Assembly (NCBI GenBank): GCA_037133755.1
Contig: JBAXNN010000002.1
Location: 26,595-90,594 of the forward strand
Direction of reading: 5' to 3'
Source of the DNA: Thermoleophilia bacterium
GTDB lineage: Bacteria; Actinomycetota; Thermoleophilia; Gaiellales; F1-60-MAGs149
Length of the DNA stretch: 64,000 bases
Below the pieces are notes generated by a model. It did not search any database and was not told the origin of the DNA. It was given only the letters and a program-made list of their open reading frames with translations. The translations under genes and the position numbers were made by a program. Of the stretch, positions 27,590 through 39,431 are shown piece after piece. Each line of letters opens with the position of its first letter. The stretch's first letter is position 1.

Positions 27590-27793
27590 ATGTCTGACGT
27601 CGACCCCTTCGACGAGCTCGTCGCTCGCCTCGAGGCTGCACGCACGCGCCTCGACAGCGTCGATTCGCCGGACGACGCCGTCTCCGCGCTCGAGGAGTTG
27701 CAGGAGACCGCCCGCGAGATCTCTGCGGAGATCGACCGGCGTCGCCGCGCGCTCGCCGATGAACGCGGTGATGGACAACTCGACCTCCTCTGA
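27590..27793 (+). CDS. xseB: Exodeoxyribonuclease VII small subunit-like protein
   Basis: 67 aa and helical. FDELVARLEAARTRLDS..DDAVSALEE resembles the XseB N-terminal pattern. It sits where xseB lies in Bacillus, before the polyprenyl synthase gene. Confidence 0.55.
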   Translation: MSDVDPFDELVARLEAARTRLDSVDSPDDAVSALEELQETAREISAEIDRRRRALADERGDGQLDLL

Positions 27794-28658
27794 CCTGGAC
27801 CGCCTGCGCCTCCTCGTCGAGGACGCACTCCGCGGCCCCGTCGACGCGCTGATCACCGAGCGCGGCGAGCTGCAGCGCTTCGGTGAGGCGCTGCGCTATC
27901 CGGTCGGTGCGGGCGGCAAGCGTCTGCGTCCGGTGCTGCTGCTCGCGACGCTCGAGGCGCTCGACGGCAATCTCGCGGCTGGTCTGCCCGCAGCGTGCGC
28001 GCTCGAGCTCGTCCACACGTTCTCGCTGGTCCACGACGACCTGCCGGCGCTCGATAACGATTCGCTGCGCCGTGGCATGCCGACCGCGCACGTGGCCTTT
28101 GGCGAAGACGTCGCGATCCTCGTCGGCGATGGCCTGCTCGCCCTCGCCTTCCGCGTCATCGCCGAAGGGCGCATCGCGGATGCCGAGACGCGGCTCAAGC
28201 TCGTGCACGAGCTGTCGATCGCCACCGACGGCATGGTGCGCGGCCAGTACCTTGATCTGCATCCGACCGACGAGCCCGATGAGGCTTGGGTACGACGCAT
28301 GTGCTCGCTCAAGACCGGGTGTCTGCTCGAGGCCGCGATTGCGATGGGGCTGCACGTCGCCGACGCCGACGCGGCCGTGACCGCCGCGTACCGCGAACTC
28401 GGCGCCGAGATCGGCGTGGCCTTCCAGATCGTCGACGACGTCCTCGACGCCACCTCGACCAGTGAGGAGCTCGGCAAGACCGCGGGCGCTGATGAGGTCA
28501 ACGATCGGCAGTCGTGGGTGCGCGTACTCGGTCTCGCCGAAGCGCAGGCGCGTGCCGAACAGTCGTGGCAGCGCTCGCTCGAGTTGCTCGAAGCGCTGCC
28601 GGGCGATCCGACGGCGCTCCATGCCGTCGTCGAGACGATCTACCGGCGGACCAGCTGA
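27771..28658 (+). CDS. Polyprenyl (farnesyl/geranylgeranyl) diphosphate synthase
   Basis: It has both Asp-rich motifs, LVHDDLPALDND and FQIVDDVLD. The start is ATG at 27771 or 27759, and either overlaps the xseB end. Confidence 0.85.
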   Translation: MDNSTSSDLDRLRLLVEDALRGPVDALITERGELQRFGEALRYPVGAGGKRLRPVLLLATLEALDGNLAAGLPAACALELVHTFSLVHDDLPALDNDSLRRGMPTAHVAFGEDVAILVGDGLLALAFRVIAEGRIADAETRLKLVHELSIATDGMVRGQYLDLHPTDEPDEAWVRRMCSLKTGCLLEAAIAMGLHVADADAAVTAAYRELGAEIGVAFQIVDDVLDATSTSEELGKTAGADEVNDRQSWVRVLGLAEAQARAEQSWQRSLELLEALPGDPTALHAVVETIYRRTS

Positions 28659-29467
28659 TGGCCGGAGCGGGGCGGGAGCGCCTCGATCATGCCCTCGTCG
28701 CGCGCGGGCTCGCACCGACTCGGTCGAAGGCCCAGGCGTGGATCCTCGCGGGGCTTGTCTCGGTCGATGGCGAGCCGGCCAAGACCGCAGGCCAGCAGGT
28801 GACGACCGATCGCGACCTCGTGGTGCGCGACCTGCCGCGCTTTGTCTCTCGCGCCGGCGACAAGCTGGACGGGATGCTCGAGCACCTTGGCTGGGACGTC
28901 ACGGGCGCGGACGTCTTGGATGTGGGCGCCTCGACGGGCGGCTTCACCGACTGTCTGCTGCAGCGTGGCGCCGCGCGCGTCATCGCGGTCGACGTCGGCT
29001 ACGGGCAGCTCGATCATCGCCTCCGCGAGGATCCGCGCGTCACCGTCATGGAACGCACGAACGCGCGCACGCTCGTGGCAGACACACTCACCTTTGCACC
29101 GGATCTGATCGTGGCCGACGTGTCCTTCATCTCGTTGCGACACGTGCTCGGGCCCGCGATTGCCTGCGCCAGAGCGCCCTGGCGGGCCATTGTGCTCGTC
29201 AAGCCGCAGTTCGAGGCGCAACCGGACGACGTCGGCAAGGGTGGCGTTGTGCGCGATCCCATGATCCGTCGCCGAGCGATCGCCTCGGTCGCCCGCTACG
29301 CTTCCGATCTCGGCGCGGTACCGCTGGAGGCACGTGATTCGGGTCATCCAGGCCCCGCCGGCAACCACGAATACCCTCTCGCCCTCGTCTCCAAGGACCA
29401 TCCCCTCGCCCGTGACGCCGACGCCGACCCCGAGCGCATCGCCCAGCAAGCCGTCGATGACGCCTGA
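28658..29467 (+). CDS. tlyA: TlyA-family rRNA 2'-O-methyltransferase
   Basis: It has an S4-like N-terminus (RLDHALVARGLAPTRSKAQAWI), FVSRAGDKL, the SAM motif DVGASTGGFTD and DVSFISL. Confidence 0.85.
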   Translation: MAGAGRERLDHALVARGLAPTRSKAQAWILAGLVSVDGEPAKTAGQQVTTDRDLVVRDLPRFVSRAGDKLDGMLEHLGWDVTGADVLDVGASTGGFTDCLLQRGAARVIAVDVGYGQLDHRLREDPRVTVMERTNARTLVADTLTFAPDLIVADVSFISLRHVLGPAIACARAPWRAIVLVKPQFEAQPDDVGKGGVVRDPMIRRRAIASVARYASDLGAVPLEARDSGHPGPAGNHEYPLALVSKDHPLARDADADPERIAQQAVDDA

Positions 29468-30296
29468 CGTCAAGCGCATCCTGCTGGTCACGCACGGTGA
29501 CCCGATGGTCACCGCGGCGACGCTGCCCGCGCTGGCGGCCGCCCTCGCCGCGCGCGGCGTCGAGCTCGTGCTCAGCGAGGATGAGGTCGCGAAGCATCCC
29601 GACGTGCAGCCGATCAGCGTGGACCGGCCCGACGATGTCGACCTGATCCTCGTGCTCGGCGGCGACGGCACCATGCTGCGCGCGTTGCATCGCGTGATCG
29701 ACCGTCCCGTCGCGTGTGTCGGCGTCAACTACGGCACCTTCGGCTTTCTCACCACGATGCGGGCCAACGAGATGCTCGACCGCCTGCCCGACATCCTCGG
29801 TGGTGGTCTCGAGGTTGTGGAACTGCCCACCGTCTCCGTCGAGACGCCCGATGGGCGGTTTATCGCGATCAACGACGTGCTCGTCACGGCCGACCAGCTC
29901 GGCCGCATGGCGGTGCTCGAGTGGGCGGTCAACGGCGTGGACCTCGGTCAGCGTGGCTGCGACGGCATCCTGATTTCAACCCCGGCTGGCTCCACGGGCT
30001 ACAACCTTTCGGCCGGTGGCTCCGTGATCGAGTGGGGCGTTGACGCCGTCGTCGTGACGTTTGTTGCGCCACACTCGCTCGATGGTCGCCCGTTGATCCT
30101 CGGTCGTGGGCATGAGGTGCGCATCGTCTCGCGCACCCGCGATGTCGGGAGCCGCGTCGTCGTCGACGGGCATGCTCAGGCGCACCTCGCCAAGGGTGAG
30201 ATCGCCGCGATCCGGATGGCCCCGGAGACCGCGCGCCTCGCAATCTTGCCGGACCGTCCGTTCCTGTCCCGGTACCGCGACAAGTTCGGGCACTAG
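29457..30296 (+). CDS. nadK: NAD kinase
   Basis: It contains LILVLGGDGTMLRA, INDVLV and STPAGSTGYNLSAGG. Confidence 0.85.
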   Translation: MTPDVKRILLVTHGDPMVTAATLPALAAALAARGVELVLSEDEVAKHPDVQPISVDRPDDVDLILVLGGDGTMLRALHRVIDRPVACVGVNYGTFGFLTTMRANEMLDRLPDILGGGLEVVELPTVSVETPDGRFIAINDVLVTADQLGRMAVLEWAVNGVDLGQRGCDGILISTPAGSTGYNLSAGGSVIEWGVDAVVVTFVAPHSLDGRPLILGRGHEVRIVSRTRDVGSRVVVDGHAQAHLAKGEIAAIRMAPETARLAILPDRPFLSRYRDKFGH

Positions 30297-30298
30297 GC

Positions 30299-31966
30299 AT
30301 GCTGGAGCGGCTCCAGGTCGACAACCTCGTCGTCCTCCGCTCCGCGGAGATCGAGCCTGCGTCCGGGATGACGGTGATTACCGGCGAGACGGGCGCCGGC
30401 AAGACGATCCTCGCTGGTGCACTCGGGCTGGTACTCGGCGCCAAGGGCGAAGCCGGCCTCGTCGGCCCACATGCCGAACAGGTCGAGGTCGAGGCCACCT
30501 TCCGCATTACCGAGGGAATGCTTCGGGACGACGCATTCGATGGTGTGCGCGAACTCGTCGACGACGTCGATGACGGGCTGCTCGTCTCTCGCCGCCTCGG
30601 GGCAGACGGTCGCGGTCGCACGCTCGTACAGGGGCGGAGCGCCACGCGTGGTGCGCTCGAGGAGGCCGGGGGCAGGCTAGTTGGCGTGGTCTCGCAGCAC
30701 GAGTCGCGTCGTCTGGCCAAGCCCGCTGCGCAGCGAGCGATTCTCGACGCCTTCGGTGGTGACAAGCAGGCCGACAAGGTGACCGCGATGGCCGCCGCCT
30801 GGCGTGCGCTCGTGGCAGCACGCGTAGCGCGTGAGGAAGCCGAGACGGAGGCTGCTGGTCTGGCCGGTCGGATCAGCGAGCTCGAAGGCATTGCCGAGCG
30901 CATCGCGGAGATCCAGCCGCGCACGGGCGAACTCGACGAGCTCGAGGCCGAGCGTCAGCGCCTGCGCTACGCCGACGTCCTCGCGGAGGGGACCTCGGGT
31001 GCCGCTGCGCTCCTATCGCCCGACGAGGGGGCTGGCGCGCTGGGCATGACCGGCGAGGCCGAGCGCGCTGTGCGAGCTGCCGCAGCGCGCGACCCCGAAC
31101 TGGCGCCCATTGCCGACGAGCTGCGCGAGGCTGTGATTCGCCTCGAGGAGGCGTCGCGTTCGCTGCACGCCTACGCCGATGGCATCGAGCACGACCCTGC
31201 GCGTCTTGAGCAGGTGGAGGCACGGCTGGATCGCCTGACCGACCTCGTGCGCCGCCACGGATCGCTGGAGGAGGCAATCGCCGCCGGGGAGGAGGCCGAG
31301 CGCCTGCTCGCCGTTGCGCGCGGCGACGCTGGCGGCCTCGATGCCGTGCGCGCCGCCGAGGCTGCGGCGCAGGCCGCTGCTGTCGATGCCGCAGCTGCGC
31401 TCACGAAGGCGCGCGCCACGCTCGGGCCGAAGCTCGCGAAGGCCGTCCAAGGCCATCTTGCCGATCTCGGCATGGCCGACGCAGCGGTCGAGATCGAGCT
31501 GGCCGAGCGCGACCTCGGCGTGTCGGGTGCCGACGAGGTACGCATCCTGCTGGCCCCCAACCCGGGTCTCAAGCCGGCGCCGATCGCCGACGCCGCCTCG
31601 GGAGGCGAGCTCTCGCGCGTGGCGCTCGCGCTGCGCGTTGCTGCGCACGACCGCGATGCCGTCCCCACGTTGGTCTTCGATGAGGTCGATGCGGGTGTCG
31701 GCGGCGCCACCGCGGTCGCCGTCGGGCAGAAGCTCCGCGAACTCGCGGGCTCGACGCAGGTGATCGTGATCACGCACCTCGCGCAGATCGCGGCACTCGC
31801 CGATCGTCACTATCGCGTGCTCAAGGTCGCTGGCGACCCCACAGAGACGACGATCGAGGTCCTCGACGATGCCGGTGTCGACGCCGAGTTGGCGCGCATG
31901 CTCGGGGGCGACGCCTCGGCTACCGAGGCGTTGGACCTGGCACGCAAGTTGCGAGCCAGCGCCTGA
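30299..31966 (+). CDS. recN: DNA repair protein RecN
   Basis: 555 aa with the Walker A motif ITGETGAGKTIL, a long coiled-coil middle region, ASGGELSRVALAL and LVFDEVDAGVGG. Confidence 0.9.
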   Translation: MLERLQVDNLVVLRSAEIEPASGMTVITGETGAGKTILAGALGLVLGAKGEAGLVGPHAEQVEVEATFRITEGMLRDDAFDGVRELVDDVDDGLLVSRRLGADGRGRTLVQGRSATRGALEEAGGRLVGVVSQHESRRLAKPAAQRAILDAFGGDKQADKVTAMAAAWRALVAARVAREEAETEAAGLAGRISELEGIAERIAEIQPRTGELDELEAERQRLRYADVLAEGTSGAAALLSPDEGAGALGMTGEAERAVRAAAARDPELAPIADELREAVIRLEEASRSLHAYADGIEHDPARLEQVEARLDRLTDLVRRHGSLEEAIAAGEEAERLLAVARGDAGGLDAVRAAEAAAQAAAVDAAAALTKARATLGPKLAKAVQGHLADLGMADAAVEIELAERDLGVSGADEVRILLAPNPGLKPAPIADAASGGELSRVALALRVAAHDRDAVPTLVFDEVDAGVGGATAVAVGQKLRELAGSTQVIVITHLAQIAALADRHYRVLKVAGDPTETTIEVLDDAGVDAELARMLGGDASATEALDLARKLRASA

Positions 31967-32634
31967 TGCGCGTCGTCGATCTGACCCAGCCCTTGTCGCC
32001 GGGCACGACGCCTTGGCCGGGCGAGCAGCCGTTGCGCATCGAGGAGCACGCCAACGTCCCAGCCGACGGGTACTACGCGCGCCGCATCGACCTTCACGAG
32101 CACACGGGCACGCACTTCGACGCCCCGGCGCACTTCGTCGAAGGCGGTGCCACCGTCGATGAGATCGCCGCCGGCCGCCTGGTCGTGCCGGTCCGCGTCG
32201 TCGACGTATCCGGCCAGGCCTCTGAGAATCCCGACTACGCCGTCACGGTCGACGACATCTACGCGATGGAGCGCGAGCACGGCGAGCTTCAACCGGGTGA
32301 CGCGCTGCTCGCCCTGACTGGCTGGGACATGCACCTCGGGGATCCCGAACGGTACGTGGGCGCCATGCGGTTTCCCGGCTTCAGCGCGGAGGCCGCCGAT
32401 CTCGTCGTCGATCGCGGCCTCGCGGGCATCGGCATCGACACGCTGTCGGTCGACCGCGGCTGCGACGACACGTACCCCGTGCATCACCGCACGCTGCCGG
32501 CCGGGCTCTGGCAGCTCGAGGGTCTCGTCGGTCTTGATCTGATTCCCGTCGTGGGCGCCATGCTCGTCGTTGGCGTGCCGCCGGTGGTGGGTGCTTCGGG
32601 GTTTCCGGCGCGCGTGCTCGCACTCGTGCCGTGA
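31966..32634 (+). CDS. Cyclase-family protein (kynurenine formamidase-like)
   Basis: 222 aa with the motif HTGTHFDAPAHF. It has a TGATG overlap with recN. Confidence 0.75.
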   Translation: MRVVDLTQPLSPGTTPWPGEQPLRIEEHANVPADGYYARRIDLHEHTGTHFDAPAHFVEGGATVDEIAAGRLVVPVRVVDVSGQASENPDYAVTVDDIYAMEREHGELQPGDALLALTGWDMHLGDPERYVGAMRFPGFSAEAADLVVDRGLAGIGIDTLSVDRGCDDTYPVHHRTLPAGLWQLEGLVGLDLIPVVGAMLVVGVPPVVGASGFPARVLALVP

Positions 32635-32643
32635 GTCGTCTGA

Positions 32644-34362
<1,719 letters not shown>

Positions 34363-34364
34363 CG

Positions 34365-35471
34365 TTGGACACCGCGCTCGACCTGTTTCTCGAGCTCGCC
34401 CGTCTGCCGACGCCGCCGGGTAAGGAGCGCGCCGCAGTCGACATGGTGCGAGATGTTTTGGCGTCGTTTGGCGTGGAGTCGGTCGAGGACGATGCGGGGC
34501 CGAAGATCAACGGCGATGCCGGCAACCTCTACGCCCGCATCCCTGCGACCGCACCGGGCACGCCGCTGTTCTTCAATGCTCACGTCGACACCGTGCCGAT
34601 GACGGCGCCGATCGACCCCGTGATCGAGGGCGACTTCGTCGTCAATCGTCACCCGACGATCCTCGGTGCCGACAACAAGGCGTCGGTCGCGGGCATCATC
34701 GACGGCGTCCGTCGTGTCGTGCGCGAGGGGATCCCGCACGCGGGTATCGAACTCGTCATCACGGTGCAGGAGGAGATCGGCCTGATCGGTGCCAAGGCGT
34801 TCGATACGGGCCAGCTCGAGGCAACCGTCGGATACGTCTACGACGTCGACGGCGATCCGGGCGCGATGACGATGCGCGCGTCGAGCCAGATCACGCTCGA
34901 TCTCGAGTTCCGCGGCAAGTCCGCGCATGCCGGCATCGCGCCGGAAGACGGGCGCAATGCGATCCACGCCGCAGCGATCGCCCTGTCGCGCCTCAGCATG
35001 GGGCGCGTCGCGCCTGGTGCCTCGCGCAGTGTCGGCGTGATCAACGGTGGCACCCAACGCAACGTCGTGCCTGATCGCTGCAGCGTGCAGTTGGAAGTCC
35101 GCAGCCTCGTCGACGCCGAAGTTGTGGTGCTCGCCCAGGAGATCGTCGATGCCGCCAACGCCGCAGCGGCCGAAACCGAGTGCTCTGTCGAGATCGCCCA
35201 GACGCGCGAGTACACCGCCTACGCCTTCACCAACGACGACCTCGTGGTGCAGATCGCGCGCGCGGGGCTCACGGCGGCAGGGCTCGTGCCGCGCGAGGTC
35301 GAAACGGGCGGTGGTGCTGACGCGCACCTGTTCAACGAGCGCGGACTCCAGTGCCTCAACTTGGCGAGCGGCATGGAGGCCATCCACACGCCGGACGAGC
35401 GCATCAAGGTCGAGCACGTCGAGGATCTCTCGCGGATGACCGTCGAGCTGATCCGCGCCGCTACCGCGTAA
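34365..35471 (+). CDS. M20/M25/M40-family metallopeptidase (peptidase T-like)
   Basis: It contains FNAHVDTVP, GADNKASVAG and VQEEIGLIGA. I propose a TTG start at 34365, just after the pyrG stop. The longer ORF from 34209 would overlap pyrG. Confidence 0.75.
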   Translation: MDTALDLFLELARLPTPPGKERAAVDMVRDVLASFGVESVEDDAGPKINGDAGNLYARIPATAPGTPLFFNAHVDTVPMTAPIDPVIEGDFVVNRHPTILGADNKASVAGIIDGVRRVVREGIPHAGIELVITVQEEIGLIGAKAFDTGQLEATVGYVYDVDGDPGAMTMRASSQITLDLEFRGKSAHAGIAPEDGRNAIHAAAIALSRLSMGRVAPGASRSVGVINGGTQRNVVPDRCSVQLEVRSLVDAEVVVLAQEIVDAANAAAAETECSVEIAQTREYTAYAFTNDDLVVQIARAGLTAAGLVPREVETGGGADAHLFNERGLQCLNLASGMEAIHTPDERIKVEHVEDLSRMTVELIRAATA

Positions 35472-35562
35472 CCATCCTGTGGGACGAGGTGCGGTTTTCC
35501 GCATGTCTGACCGCTAGGATCCGCCTGTTCCCTGAAGGTTCTATCGCCCCCGGAGGTGTCGC

Positions 35563-36693
35563 ATGCGCGTAGGTGTCGTCAAGGAGATCAAGAAGGACGA
35601 GTACCGCGTTGCGCTGACGCCGGCGGGTGCCCGTGAACTGGTCGGGCATGGTCACGACGTCGTCGTCGAGACGACCGCCGGTGTCGGCAGCTCGTTTTCC
35701 GATGAGGCCTACGTCGCCGCTGGCGCAACGATCGCCTCGTGCGAGGACACCTGGGCGACGTGCGACATGATCATGAAGGTCAAGGAGCCGCTCGAGCCGG
35801 AGTACTCGCGCATCCGTGAGGGCCAGATCCTCTTCACGTATCTGCATCTTGCGCCCGACGAGGCGTTGACGAAGGCGCTGATCAACACTGGTGCGACCTG
35901 CATTGCGTACGAGACCGTCGAGACCGACGATCACAAGCTACCGCTGCTTGCCCCGATGAGCGAGGTCGCCGGCCGCCTAGCGCCGCAGATGGGGGCGCAC
36001 TGCCTCGAGAAGCCCAAGGGCGGCCGCGGGATCCTGCTCGCTGGCCTGCCGGGCGTTGCGCCGGCCAAGGTCGTCGTGCTCGGCGGCGGCATCGTCGGTT
36101 ACAACGCCGCCATGATCGCCGTGGGTATGCAGGCCGACGTGTGGGTGCTCGAGCGCTCCGTCGATCGCATGCGCGAGCTCGAGAACATGATGGACGGCCG
36201 CATCACGCTGGAGATCTCGAACCAGCAGATGGTGGAAGAGGCGATTTCGAACGCCGACATGGTGATCGGCGCCGTTCTCGTCGCCGGTGCCCGCGCACCG
36301 CGCCTCGTGACGAAGGACATGCTCAGCGGCATGAAGGAGGGCTCTGTCCTCGTTGACGTCGCGATCGACCAGGGTGGCTGCTTCGAGACCTCGAAGCCGA
36401 CCACGCACTCCGATCCCACGTACGTCGTCGATGGCGTCGTGCACTACTGCGTGGCGAACATGCCGGGCGCTGTGCCGATCACCTCGACGCGCGGCCTCAC
36501 CAACGTGACGTTGCCGTACGCGGAGCTGCTTGCGAACCAGGGCCTCGATGTCGCGTGTCGCGCATCGAAGCCGCTGGCTCGCGGTGTCAACGTGATGGCC
36601 GGCAAGGTCACGAACAAGCCTGTGGCCGAGAGTCACGGCCTGCCGTACACGCATCTCAGCGACCTGATCGAGCGCGTCGATCCGAGCATCTAG
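35563..36693 (+). CDS. ald: Alanine dehydrogenase
   Basis: 376 aa with [30 protein letters not shown] and [11 protein letters not shown]. Confidence 0.9.
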   Translation: MRVGVVKEIKKDEYRVALTPAGARELVGHGHDVVVETTAGVGSSFSDEAYVAAGATIASCEDTWATCDMIMKVKEPLEPEYSRIREGQILFTYLHLAPDEALTKALINTGATCIAYETVETDDHKLPLLAPMSEVAGRLAPQMGAHCLEKPKGGRGILLAGLPGVAPAKVVVLGGGIVGYNAAMIAVGMQADVWVLERSVDRMRELENMMDGRITLEISNQQMVEEAISNADMVIGAVLVAGARAPRLVTKDMLSGMKEGSVLVDVAIDQGGCFETSKPTTHSDPTYVVDGVVHYCVANMPGAVPITSTRGLTNVTLPYAELLANQGLDVACRASKPLARGVNVMAGKVTNKPVAESHGLPYTHLSDLIERVDPSI

Positions 36694-36783
36694 GACGGTC
36701 GGTTCGGAATGGGGCTCGACCCAATTCCGAACCTAATTGCGTCCCGCGGAGGGACGAGGGCTGGGGGAGCGAACTTCCCCGTT

Positions 36784-37674
36784 ATGCAGGATCCGCGAAT
36801 CACAGACTTTCTGACGTCGCTGCAGCTCGAGCGCGACGCGTCGCCACACACGATCACGGCCTACCGCACCGACCTAGCCGACCTGCAGGCGTACCTGACG
36901 GCCCGTGGCTTGGACCTCGATGCCGTCACCGGCCAGGATCTCGAACCGTTTTCGCTGGAGCTGCGCGAGCGCGGTCTCTCGCCGGCCACCGTGCGCCGGC
37001 GTCTGGCGGCGGCGCGCTCGCTGCTGCGTCATCGCACCCGTGAGGGCGCGCGGACGGCCGGGGTCCGCGACGTGCCGCTGCCAAAGGCACCGCAGGCTCC
37101 GCCACACGCGCTGTCCTCGGAGCAGACGATTCTGCTCGTCGAGCATCCCGACAACACGCCGCTGGGGCTTCGTGATCGCGCCGTGCTGGAGCTGCTGTAC
37201 GGCGCCGGTCTTCGTGTCTCGGAGCTCTGCGGCCTGCGCCCTGGCGATCTTGACACCGAACTTGGGCTGGTGCGCGTGCTGGGCAAGGGCGGCCGGGAAC
37301 GCGTCGTGCCCTGTGGCGGGCAGGCCGTGCGCGCGGTCGAGCGCTACCTCGCCCGCAGCCGGACATACCTCGGTACGCGGCAGGAACCCGACGCGCTGCT
37401 CGTCAACAATCGCGGCGGCCGCCTGACACGCCGAGGCGTCTTCCTGATCGTCCGGCGCCACGCCGAGCCGCTCGACCTGCCCGAGTGGGTGGGGCCCCAT
37501 GCCCTGCGGCACGCGTTTGCCACGCACCTCGTGGAGGGCGGCTGCGACCTGCGCACCGTGCAGGAGCTGCTCGGCCACCAGCGCATCGCCACCACCGCGA
37601 TCTACACGCACGTCGCAGGCACGCACCTGCGCGAGACGTTCCTGTCCGCGCACCCGCGTGCTCGGGCGGCGTAA
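36784..37674 (+). CDS. XerC/XerD-type tyrosine recombinase
   Basis: The start is taken at MQDPRITDFLTSLQLERDASPHTITAYRTDL. The C-terminus has HALRHAFATHL and LLGHQRIATTAIYTHV (the catalytic Tyr context). Confidence 0.85.
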   Translation: MQDPRITDFLTSLQLERDASPHTITAYRTDLADLQAYLTARGLDLDAVTGQDLEPFSLELRERGLSPATVRRRLAAARSLLRHRTREGARTAGVRDVPLPKAPQAPPHALSSEQTILLVEHPDNTPLGLRDRAVLELLYGAGLRVSELCGLRPGDLDTELGLVRVLGKGGRERVVPCGGQAVRAVERYLARSRTYLGTRQEPDALLVNNRGGRLTRRGVFLIVRRHAEPLDLPEWVGPHALRHAFATHLVEGGCDLRTVQELLGHQRIATTAIYTHVAGTHLRETFLSAHPRARAA

Positions 37675-37755
37675 GCGCGGAACACGCGCGCGTTTGAGCG
37701 CTTCCGGCGCGATTTCCGCACGCGTGAATCAACCCGGGTCCGGCACGCTCACTCC

Positions 37756-38010
37756 GTGCCCATCAGGTTCTCGGATCACGCACGCCAGCGACTTCGCGAG
37801 CGACGATTGCCGCGGGAGGCGGTTGCGCTCGTGATCGCCAATCCGGAGTCCACCGAGGTCCTCGACGAGGACACGTGGAACGAGCGTGTGAGAAGTACTC
37901 GACGTTTGGGGCGCCTGCGGATCGGGGTCGTGTGGACGTGGGAGCACGGTGATCGGTTCGTGATGACTGTCACCGTCGACCCTGCCGGTCGGGAACTGAG
38001 AGGAGACTGA
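37756..38010 (+). CDS. DUF4258-like small protein (putative toxin)
   Basis: 84 aa. IRFSDHARQRLRERRLPREAVALVIANPE fits the DUF4258 pattern as I recall it. The local GC is lower than in the flanks. Confidence 0.55.
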   Translation: MPIRFSDHARQRLRERRLPREAVALVIANPESTEVLDEDTWNERVRSTRRLGRLRIGVVWTWEHGDRFVMTVTVDPAGRELRGD

Positions 38011-38011
38011 C

Positions 38012-38281
38012 GTGCTGTACGATCGCGCCGTGACGATCACTGCCTACACTGCGCCGGGCGAGATTCTGATGATCAACGTGTCTGAGGGCAACTGGGATCA
38101 CATGGACGTGCTCCACCATCATGGAATCGGCGTCGATCTCGATGCTGATGGACACGTGCTCGGCATTGAGGTCATCGAACGTTCCAAGTTCGACCTCGAC
38201 GCCGTCGCCGCGGAGTACGGGATCGAGGACCTCGTCCCGCAGATCCGCGCGGCCATCGCCGTCGCCAAGCCCGGCCCGTAG
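38012..38281 (+). CDS. DUF2283-like small protein (putative antitoxin)
   Basis: 89 aa. VDLDADGHVLGIEVIERS is the hallmark DUF2283 segment. The GTG start lies 1 nt after the upstream stop and is preceded by GAGAGGAG. Confidence 0.6.
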   Translation: MLYDRAVTITAYTAPGEILMINVSEGNWDHMDVLHHHGIGVDLDADGHVLGIEVIERSKFDLDAVAAEYGIEDLVPQIRAAIAVAKPGP

Positions 38282-38304
38282 TCGCGCCCGGCTAGGCTGG
38301 GGGC

Positions 38305-39174
38305 ATGCCCGAGCTGCCCGAGGTCGAGACCGTCCGCCGTCGGCTGCTGCCCCACGTCGAGGGTAAGGGGATCCGTAGCGTCGAGATTCGAGATGCCAGG
38401 CTCGTCGGCCGTGACGATGCGCGTCGCGTTGAGCAACGCCTGAGTGGCCGCACGCTCGTCACGCTCGATCGGCGTGGCAAATACCTGCTGCTGCGCCTTG
38501 ACGGCGGGGAGACCTTGATCTCCCACCTGCGCATGACGGGCAACTGGCTCGTGCCGCCCGGCGATGAGCCACCGCACACCCGCGCGGTGATCACCCTCGC
38601 CGACGGCACGGCAGTTGTCTACGCCGACGCGCGGCGGTTCGGCACATGGGATCTCCTCACCGATGCGGACGCCGGTGTCTACCTGGCCGCCCGGCTGGGG
38701 CCCGAGCCGATCGATGCCGACTTCGACGGTGCCGTGTTGCAGAGCGCCTTCAAGGGACGGCAGGCGCCGGTCAAGGCGCTCCTGCTCGATCAGCGGCTCG
38801 TCGCGGGCATCGGCAACATCTACGCCGACGAGGCGCTCAACGCCGCGTGCATTCATCCGGAGCGGCCCGCCGGGCGCCTCACGCGCGTCCAGTGCGATCG
38901 CCTCGCCGAAACCGTGCGCACGGCGCTCGAAGACGGGATCCGCGCCCAAGGCTCGTCGATACGCGACTTCCGCGCGCCGGATGGCGGGTACGGCTCGATG
39001 CAGGAGCGCTTCCGCGTCTACGGCCGCGACGGGGAGCCGTGCGTAGAGTGCGGCACAGAGATCATCAAGACCCGCTGCGCTGGCCGGGGCACGCACGTGT
39101 GCCCGGTCTGTCAGCCCAAGCCGCGACGTCCCCGGGGAATGCGGCGCCCCTCGTCCACGTTGGAGCAGGTGTGA
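38305..39174 (+). CDS. mutM: Formamidopyrimidine-DNA glycosylase
   Basis: 289 aa with MPELPEVETVRRRL, the H2TH region and a C-terminal zinc finger CVECGTEI...CPVCQ. Confidence 0.9.
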   Translation: MPELPEVETVRRRLLPHVEGKGIRSVEIRDARLVGRDDARRVEQRLSGRTLVTLDRRGKYLLLRLDGGETLISHLRMTGNWLVPPGDEPPHTRAVITLADGTAVVYADARRFGTWDLLTDADAGVYLAARLGPEPIDADFDGAVLQSAFKGRQAPVKALLLDQRLVAGIGNIYADEALNAACIHPERPAGRLTRVQCDRLAETVRTALEDGIRAQGSSIRDFRAPDGGYGSMQERFRVYGRDGEPCVECGTEIIKTRCAGRGTHVCPVCQPKPRRPRGMRRPSSTLEQV

Positions 39175-39425
39175 AAAAGGTCGAGTTCTATTCCGCTGAT
39201 TGGTGCCCCTTCTGCATGCGCGCAAAGGCGCTGCTCGACTCCCGCGGGATCGAGTACGAGGAGACCAACGTTGATCGCATCCCCGGCTTCCGCGAGAAGC
39301 TCGTGGAGATGACGGGACGCATGACGATCCCGCAGATCATTATCGACGGCACGCCTGTCGGCGGCTACGACGACATCGCCGCGCTCGATCGCGCCGGCGA
39401 GCTGCTGCCGCTCGTCCAGGACTAG
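39171..39425 (+). CDS. Glutaredoxin
   Basis: 84 aa with VEFYSADWCPFCMRAK (CPFC active site) and TIPQIIIDGTPVGGYDD. The GTG start overlaps the mutM stop. Confidence 0.8.
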   Translation: MKKVEFYSADWCPFCMRAKALLDSRGIEYEETNVDRIPGFREKLVEMTGRMTIPQIIIDGTPVGGYDDIAALDRAGELLPLVQD

Positions 39426-39431
39426 CGCCAG

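Noticed and set aside
36784-38300. An integrated mobile element, with the tyrosine recombinase marking an island.
   Set aside because: The recombinase has the XerC/XerD housekeeping architecture. Around the region I saw no flanking direct repeats, no tRNA target and no other mobility genes. Only the small TA-like pair looks foreign.
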